From contig CAZLLD010000006.1 in assembly GCA_964560225.1 (NCBI GenBank), forward strand, positions 10,179 to 74,178: a stretch of DNA of 64,000 nt, read 5' to 3'. The first letter of the stretch is position 1, and each line of letters starts with the position of its first letter. Below, in pieces: positions 58,561-64,000 of this stretch. The translations under genes and the position numbers were made by a program. The DNA is from an uncultured Bacteroidales bacterium (lineage in GTDB: Bacteria; Bacteroidota; Bacteroidia; Bacteroidales; UBA10428). The notes below the pieces were generated by a model, which saw only the letters and a list, made by a program, of their open reading frames with translations, was not told the origin of the DNA and did not search any database.

Positions 58561-59814
58561 ATGGAGTTGAAGCGAGTTGTAGTTACCGGACTTGGTGCGG
58601 TGACTCCCCTGGGCAATAATGTTACTGATTTTTGGAACAATTTGGTTAACGGGGTTAGTGGGGCTGACAAGATTACTCGCTTTGATGCCACGAATTTCAA
58701 AACACAGTTTGCCTGTGAAGTTAAAAACTTCAAACCCGAAGATTACTTCGACCGCAAGGAAATAAAGAAATACGATCTCTTTACTGTTTATGCGATTGTT
58801 GCATCGGATCAGGCGGTAGCCGACTCCGGTTTGAACCTTGAAACTGTCAATAAAGACAGGGTTGGGGTAATCTTTGGTTCAGGTATTGGTGGTTTTAACA
58901 CTTTTTTGAGTGAATTGGGGGATTATTTTAAGGGCAATCAAGTGCCCCGATTTAATCCTTTCTTTATTCCCAAAATTATTTCAGACATCGCTGCAGGGCA
59001 TATTTCCATTAAATATGGATTCAGGGGGCCTAATTATGCTACTGTGTCGGCTTGTGCCACTGGTACCAATGCCATAATTGATGCCTACAATTTGATCAGG
59101 TTGGGGAAAGCTGACGCATTTGTTACCGGAGGATCTGAGGCAGGAGTCTGTGAACCGGGGATTGGCGGATTCAATGCATTGCATGCGCTTTCAACCAATA
59201 ATGCGGAATATAAAACTGCTTCCCGACCATTTGACAAAACCCGCGATGGGTTTGTTTTGGGCGAAGGTGGTGGAGCTCTTGTTCTTGAGGAATATGAGCA
59301 CGCCATAAGTCGTGGTGCCAATATTTATGGTGAAATGATTGGCGGAGGCATGTCAGCCGATGCTTATCACATTACCGCCCCGCATCCGGAAGGCTTGGGT
59401 GCAACCTTGGTGATGAAGAATGCATTGGAAGATGCAGGAATGAAACCTGAAGATTTGGATTATATTAATGTTCATGGAACAGCAACACCATTGGGTGATA
59501 TTTCTGAAGCGAAAGCCATTATCGGTGTATTCGGAGAGCATGCGTACAGGTTGAACATCAGTTCTACCAAATCCATGACAGGTCATCTTCTTGGTGCAGC
59601 AGGAGCCATTGAAGCCATTGCTGCAATTCTGGCAACGAAATATGACATAGTACCTCCTACTATCAATTTCACTGTTCCTGATGAACAAATTGATCAGAAG
59701 CTGAATATGACGTACAATAAGGCACAAAAGCGAACTATTCGTGCAGCCCTAAGCAACACCTTTGGTTTCGGAGGCCATAATACTTCGGTTATATTCAGAA
59801 AATACCCTGCGTAA
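58561..59814 (+). CDS. fabF: beta-ketoacyl-ACP synthase II
   Basis: Active-site ACATG Cys, HGTATPLGD and GHLLGAAG motifs. Confidence 0.95.
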   Translation: MELKRVVVTGLGAVTPLGNNVTDFWNNLVNGVSGADKITRFDATNFKTQFACEVKNFKPEDYFDRKEIKKYDLFTVYAIVASDQAVADSGLNLETVNKDRVGVIFGSGIGGFNTFLSELGDYFKGNQVPRFNPFFIPKIISDIAAGHISIKYGFRGPNYATVSACATGTNAIIDAYNLIRLGKADAFVTGGSEAGVCEPGIGGFNALHALSTNNAEYKTASRPFDKTRDGFVLGEGGGALVLEEYEHAISRGANIYGEMIGGGMSADAYHITAPHPEGLGATLVMKNALEDAGMKPEDLDYINVHGTATPLGDISEAKAIIGVFGEHAYRLNISSTKSMTGHLLGAAGAIEAIAAILATKYDIVPPTINFTVPDEQIDQKLNMTYNKAQKRTIRAALSNTFGFGGHNTSVIFRKYPA

Positions 59815-59818
59815 TATT

Positions 59819-60547
59819 GTGTTGAAGTCCATTATTCGGCCGAAAAAGAATTACCTGTTTACCCCCGAAAGAAGTTTTACAAGGCAACTCAGGCGTATCC
59901 TCGGATTTTGTCCCAGGAATATGGAACTGTATCAGCTTGCCTTTATTCACAAATCTGCATCACATTTTGTTTTCAACGATACCAAGGTGAATAACGAACG
60001 CCTTGAATTTCTTGGTGATGCCATCCTCGATTCGATGATTGCAGAATATTTGTTCAGGAGGTTTCCCGATAAGGAAGAAGGATTTCTCACACAAACCCGG
60101 TCAAAGCTGGTGAACCGTGATCACCTGAACCATATGGCCATCAAATTGGGCATCAGCGATATGATCATCTCCAAAATGTCGAAGGACAATCACAAGTCGG
60201 TTTACGGAGATGCACTGGAGGCCCTGATTGGTGCGTTATACCTGGATAAAGGCTATAAACGGACCAAAAAAATCGTGTTGGAAAGGATCATCCAGAGTGA
60301 CATCAACATCAACCGGCTGCTGACTACTGAAACCGACTTCAAGAGCCGGATCATCGAGTGGGGGCAGAAAAACAAAAAATCGATCAATTTTACCAGTTTC
60401 GAGGAAATGGACGAAAAGTCGAATTCCCCAGTGTTTATTACCCATCTTTTTGTTGTTGATGATATTGTTGGCAGAGGCAGTGGATCCTCGAAAAAGGAAT
60501 CGGAACAAAATGCTGCACACCAGGCATTGCAGGTATTGGAAAGCTGA
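59819..60547 (+). CDS. rnc: ribonuclease III
   Basis: NERLEFLGDA signature and a C-terminal dsRBD. A GTG start 5 nt after the fabF stop is preferred over the overlapping ORF-track ATG at 59762. Confidence 0.85.
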   Translation: MLKSIIRPKKNYLFTPERSFTRQLRRILGFCPRNMELYQLAFIHKSASHFVFNDTKVNNERLEFLGDAILDSMIAEYLFRRFPDKEEGFLTQTRSKLVNRDHLNHMAIKLGISDMIISKMSKDNHKSVYGDALEALIGALYLDKGYKRTKKIVLERIIQSDININRLLTTETDFKSRIIEWGQKNKKSINFTSFEEMDEKSNSPVFITHLFVVDDIVGRGSGSSKKESEQNAAHQALQVLES

Positions 60548-60608
60548 TCAGGCAAATTTCGCTTATCTGAAAGCTTTTTCATAAATTTGTACCTGTTTTG
60601 GAATTCCC

Positions 60609-61052
60609 ATGAAATCGGATCAAACAGAAAAGAAAACACTCCGGCTCAAGGTTGAAACAGACCACAATTACAGGCTGATCGGATTGTCGTCTCACGAAAA
60701 CGATTACAGGCTGGTTTGGGCTGTTAACAACCAGCTGAAAATGAAATTTGTCAGAATTGACAATCTGATCATGCACAACAAGAAGCATGGTTCCGATTTG
60801 GAGTTCAGCAGGTTCTTCTATGAAGATGAAGAGCGTTACCTGAAGTATTATCTTTTCTCCAACCGTTGTCCCGACGGCATCCTTTTTCCTGAAATCCGAA
60901 ACATGGATTTCATTCTTCAGATAATCGGAGAGATGACCGAGGATAATTTCAACCAGTTGCTGAAAGAAATAAAGTCAGTGTCGATTATTTCAGCGCCGTT
61001 TGTGCTGCATCCCCAGAAGATTAAAAATGCGGGACAGCTGTTTCATGAGTGA
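60609..61052 (+). CDS. IPExxxVDY family protein
   Basis: YRLIGLSSHENDYRLVWAVN and FPEIRNMDFIL resemble the Bacteroidota IPExxxVDY family that commonly follows rnc, judged from memory. Confidence 0.6.
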   Translation: MKSDQTEKKTLRLKVETDHNYRLIGLSSHENDYRLVWAVNNQLKMKFVRIDNLIMHNKKHGSDLEFSRFFYEDEERYLKYYLFSNRCPDGILFPEIRNMDFILQIIGEMTEDNFNQLLKEIKSVSIISAPFVLHPQKIKNAGQLFHE

Positions 61053-61054
61053 GG

Positions 61055-61459
61055 CTAATTTCCGCTTTTCTTTTCTGTTGCCAGTATCATTTTAATATCC
61101 AGATTACTCCCGATCTGCAGCACATCCACCAAATCCTGTATGGTCAGAGAGCCATCGGCACGCACAACAATGGTTACATCAGGCAGTCGCGATTTGATTG
61201 CGGTTAATTCCGATTCCAGGTCCTGGTAAAGCACTGGTTTTTCATCGATATAATAGAGCTTTTTCCGGGTAATGGACAGTGTGATCTGCTTTTTGGCAAT
61301 AGTTTGACTTGAATTGGCCTTGGGCAGGAACAAACGGATTACATGCGGATTGGCGAAAGTGGATACAATCAGAAAGAACAACAACAGAAAAAACATGATG
61401 TCATTCAGGGAGGCAGTTGCTACCTCGGGTTTGAATTCATGTCTTCTTTTTATTTTCAT
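61055..61459 (-). CDS. exbD: biopolymer transporter ExbD/TolR
   Basis: Single N-terminal TM helix (NDIMFFLLLFFLIV) and a periplasmic ExbD fold. Confidence 0.85.
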   Translation of the reverse strand: MKIKRRHEFKPEVATASLNDIMFFLLLFFLIVSTFANPHVIRLFLPKANSSQTIAKKQITLSITRKKLYYIDEKPVLYQDLESELTAIKSRLPDVTIVVRADGSLTIQDLVDVLQIGSNLDIKMILATEKKSGN

Positions 61460-61462
61460 GGA

Positions 61463-62155
61463 TTAACGGCTGACAATATTCATAAATTCAAAAGCCTCTT
61501 CTTCAACCTGCGATATGAAACGGTCAATTCTCATATTCAGTATGTGATATCCGGTAAAGGCGATGATGCCTACGATAAGTCCGCTACCGCTTGAAATCAT
61601 CTTTTCATACAGACCTCCGGAGATGATTCCGATGCTGATGTTGTCGGTAAGGGATATGTTGTAGAATATTTTGATGATGCCCGATATGGTTCCGATAAAT
61701 CCGAGCATGGGCGCAATACCTGCGATCAGGCCGAGATATCCGAGATGTTTGCTTACCCTGGCAATTTCGATGTTGCTGGCTGATTCCAGTGTGTTTTCAA
61801 TTTCCTCGGCAGGTTTTCCTATTTTCCCGACTACACGTCTGAAAATGTTCGCATAGGATGAATTGTCCTTTTCAAGGTGTTCAGCTGCAGCTTTCATATC
61901 GCCCTTTCTGAGCAGGTCGTTAAAATAGGCCACATATCCCGGGTCGATGACCAGGTTTCTTCTGATGTCAAGATATTTCTTGATAATCAGGTAAACAGCA
62001 ACAATGGAAAGCAGTACAATAGGGATGAGGATGTAGCCTCCTTTGATGAACATGGTAAGGAAATTTATCTCACCGGCAGATCCGCCGGTTTTGGTCATTT
62101 CCATGGCAAATTCAGCAGAAGCTTCCTGGGCAAACAACAACATGCTATTTATCAT
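61463..62155 (-). CDS. exbB: MotA/TolQ/ExbB proton channel protein
   Basis: Three TM helices and the conserved GLIGTISGII-like motif (LGFIGTISGIIKIF). Confidence 0.85.
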   Translation of the reverse strand: MINSMLLFAQEASAEFAMEMTKTGGSAGEINFLTMFIKGGYILIPIVLLSIVAVYLIIKKYLDIRRNLVIDPGYVAYFNDLLRKGDMKAAAEHLEKDNSSYANIFRRVVGKIGKPAEEIENTLESASNIEIARVSKHLGYLGLIAGIAPMLGFIGTISGIIKIFYNISLTDNISIGIISGGLYEKMISSGSGLIVGIIAFTGYHILNMRIDRFISQVEEEAFEFMNIVSR

Positions 62156-62233
62156 AAACTAATTTTTCAGTTCAATGGTTTAACGTAAAAAATCGCTAAA
62201 AGCTACAAAAATATATGAAATCTTATATCTCAT

Positions 62234-63040
62234 TCAACTCATGGGCATAAAATTAACCGGAACCACAAATTTTACCGGTATCGGGCGGCCGTGACGCATC
62301 CCTGGTTTCCACCGGGGCATGGCTTTTATGGCCTTCACCGCCTCTGCGTCAACAAGAGGGTTGATACTTCTTTCAATTTTGATGTTGTCAACCAGTCCCA
62401 TCCTGTTCACTTCAAAGCTGATCAGCACAATACCATGAATTTTCTGTTTGATGGCCTGCGGCGGATAAAACACGTTCAGTTCAAGGTATCGGGTAACAGC
62501 AACTATTCCGCCCGGAAATTCAGGAAGTTTGTCGAGGTATCCTCCGGAGCCGGCGCCCGTTCCATCGCCAAGCAGGTACCCCCCGAATACAACGCTGTCT
62601 TCCAATGATTCGGTGCCGGAAATCATTTCAGAATTGGTTTTCACTTCTTCAGGCGGCTTAAAGGAATCCTGAACGGCATTTTCGGTTACTGTAAAATTGC
62701 GACTGGGATCAGGCTGATTGATTTCAGCTTGTTCAAACAGTTTTTCTTTTGGAGACGATGCCTGTTGCATATAGGCGTCCAGTTCTTCCTTGCTCAGCAG
62801 TGAACCATCGACGCTTTTCAGGTAAGGGTTGGTTGTAGGATTCAGCAGGGCTGATGCATTGCCGGCTGCATTAACATACCAAAAATAGCCCAGTGAAATG
62901 GCCAGCACAACTGAAACGGCAATGAGAAAACTGACCAAAATCCTTCTGTAATAATGCCTTCTGAGCCGGTAGGAGCCATATTCCTTATTCCGGTTTTCAA
63001 AAACCATTTCATCAATCGTTTTGGCTACATCAGATCTCAT
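62234..63040 (-). CDS. tonB: energy transducer TonB
   Basis: N-terminal TM anchor, a linker, and a C-terminal TonB domain (YPPQAIKQKIHGIVLISFEVN...). Confidence 0.8.
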   Translation of the reverse strand: MRSDVAKTIDEMVFENRNKEYGSYRLRRHYYRRILVSFLIAVSVVLAISLGYFWYVNAAGNASALLNPTTNPYLKSVDGSLLSKEELDAYMQQASSPKEKLFEQAEINQPDPSRNFTVTENAVQDSFKPPEEVKTNSEMISGTESLEDSVVFGGYLLGDGTGAGSGGYLDKLPEFPGGIVAVTRYLELNVFYPPQAIKQKIHGIVLISFEVNRMGLVDNIKIERSINPLVDAEAVKAIKAMPRWKPGMRHGRPIPVKFVVPVNFMPMS

Positions 63041-63130
63041 CAGTATGTGTCTTTAAGCTGACACTGTTGTTAATTCATGATATAAAAATACATAATGAAT
63101 GCAATTATTGTGCTAAAAAAGCTGCTTTTA

Positions 63131-63161
63131 TAATATTCAAAAGCCCCGTCAAAGACGGGGC
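63131..63161 (-). terminator. orphan terminator-like hairpin in a divergent promoter region
   Basis: GCCCCGTC-AAA-GACGGGGC perfect 8-bp stem. The T tract (TTTTGAATATT) is only on the minus strand, and no minus-strand gene lies upstream of it. Confidence 0.4.
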
Positions 63162-63359
63162 CTTGTGTAACCCTAACCATTGCTGTTAATAATAGTAACC
63201 TAAAACCCAGCTGTACAGAACAACATTTTCGGGGAAGAAAAGTATGTTGTAATCAACTGTTATTTGTTTGCTTGTGCTAAGTTAACACAACTGGCGGTTA
63301 ACAAAATCCAATAACTGTTAAAGATTGTTAAAAAGCTTATGCGCAAAAGGTTATGAATT

Positions 63360-63367
63360 TATCTTTG
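63360..63367 (+). promoter_or_regulatory. Bacteroidota -7 box TATCTTTG
   Basis: TAnnTTTG match ending 4 nt before the ATG at 63372, implying a leaderless or near-leaderless mRNA. Confidence 0.5.
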
Positions 63368-63371
63368 TCGC

Positions 63372-64000
63372 ATGAGCAAAAGAATCATTTGGATTGTCAC
63401 TGTATTTATGGGATTAGCAATGGCGGCGCTGTTGCTGGTTCAGGCGTATTGGATTAAGAATGCGGTGCTGGTTAAGGAAAAGCAATTTGATCAGCTGATT
63501 ACCCGGGCAATGATTGATATCACGCACGAAATAGAAAGGCTTGAAGTGAATAAAATATCTTCCCGTTTATTGAATCCGCTCACTGCTGATTCGCTAATGA
63601 TTCTGACCCCGGCAGATACCGGCTACTCCTCATCGCTGCAGCCGGCGGGTTCGGCAGTTGATGATGGGCTTTCGGAAGGCGAGGATCAGCTCGGTGATTT
63701 CACGGAAAGACGAAAAAGAGAAGCCCGGCAGTTTCTGAACAACCAGCGTTTGTTTGTTGACCGGATAGTGGCTTCCATGTTCACAGGTTCACCGAGGATT
63801 GAAGACAGGATCAATGCTTCTGATATGGAAAATGTGATCCGTAAAGTGCTTACCGATACACAAATTGACTTGCCATATGAATACGCGGTGCTTCGCATGA
63901 ACAGCGATACCGCGTACCGCTCCGATCATTACAATCCGTTTGCCGAAGCCGAGTATTACAGTATTCAGCTTTTCCCTAATGATATTTATGCGCATTCCAG
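63372..64000 (+). CDS. membrane protein, probable sensor histidine kinase N-terminal region (3' end outside window)
   Basis: Frame is open from the ATG to the window end (hand translation MSKRIIWIVTVFMGLAMAALLLVQAYWIKNAVLVKEKQFDQLI...). This N-terminal pattern is typical of Bacteroidota sensor kinases, but no kinase domain is in the window. Confidence 0.5.
   Translation, partial: MSKRIIWIVTVFMGLAMAALLLVQAYWIKNAVLVKEKQFDQLITRAMIDITHEIERLEVNKISSRLLNPLTADSLMILTPADTGYSSSLQPAGSAVDDGLSEGEDQLGDFTERRKREARQFLNNQRLFVDRIVASMFTGSPRIEDRINASDMENVIRKVLTDTQIDLPYEYAVLRMNSDTAYRSDHYNPFAEAEYYSIQLFPNDIYAHS

Noticed and set aside
58263-58733. 156-aa ORF antisense to acpP and the 5' end of fabF
   Set aside because: It covers the highly conserved acpP on the other strand, and its translation is Ser/Thr/Leu-rich noise.
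63062-63070. 9-nt match (CACTGTTGT) to the MITE terminal repeat
   Set aside because: A 9-mer match is expected by chance about once in a 64-kb window read on both strands, and no matching partner or duplicated flank is present.

Overview
This 64-kb chromosomal segment looks Bacteroidota-derived. Supporting signs are TAnnTTTG -7 promoter boxes in front of tRNA genes, a type III glutamine synthetase, Fkp fucokinase/GDP-fucose pyrophosphorylase, an IPExxxVDY protein after acpP-fabF-rnc, a TonB-dependent receptor, ExbB-ExbD-TonB and large FtsX/MacB-type permeases. There are about 50 protein genes, mostly housekeeping (leuS, aspS, glnS, lepA, truA, tadA, pyrG, purN, folB, acpP-fabF-rnc), and three tRNAs (Ser-GGA, Cys-GCA, Gln-CUG). 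The centre is a co-directional ~14-kb nitrogen/glutamine block: amt-glnK-glnN-gltB-gltD-asnB-pyrG-lrp. I found no CRISPR array, integrase, transposase, phage gene or recognisable defence system. The unusual signals are in the non-coding DNA. (i) The last 14 codons of glnS plus a structured downstream array are duplicated in direct orientation 14.7 kb away, bracketing the nitrogen block and ending beside tRNA-Gln. (ii) There is a family of ~130-bp nested-palindrome elements; two near-identical copies lie in opposite orientation next to the two visibly AT-richer orphan islets. (iii) A 214-bp MITE-like element has 13-bp terminal inverted repeats and a perfect 9-bp flanking direct repeat. (iv) Several 6-8-bp-period tandem arrays sit against gene ends. 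(v) A candidate operator palindrome sits on the amt promoter. Orphan genes of unknown function are 48009-49577 with 49567-50034, 10647-11129 and 6812-7297. All calls come from reading the sequence and the ORF translations. No searches or computations were run, and hairpin and repeat coordinates may be off by a few nt.
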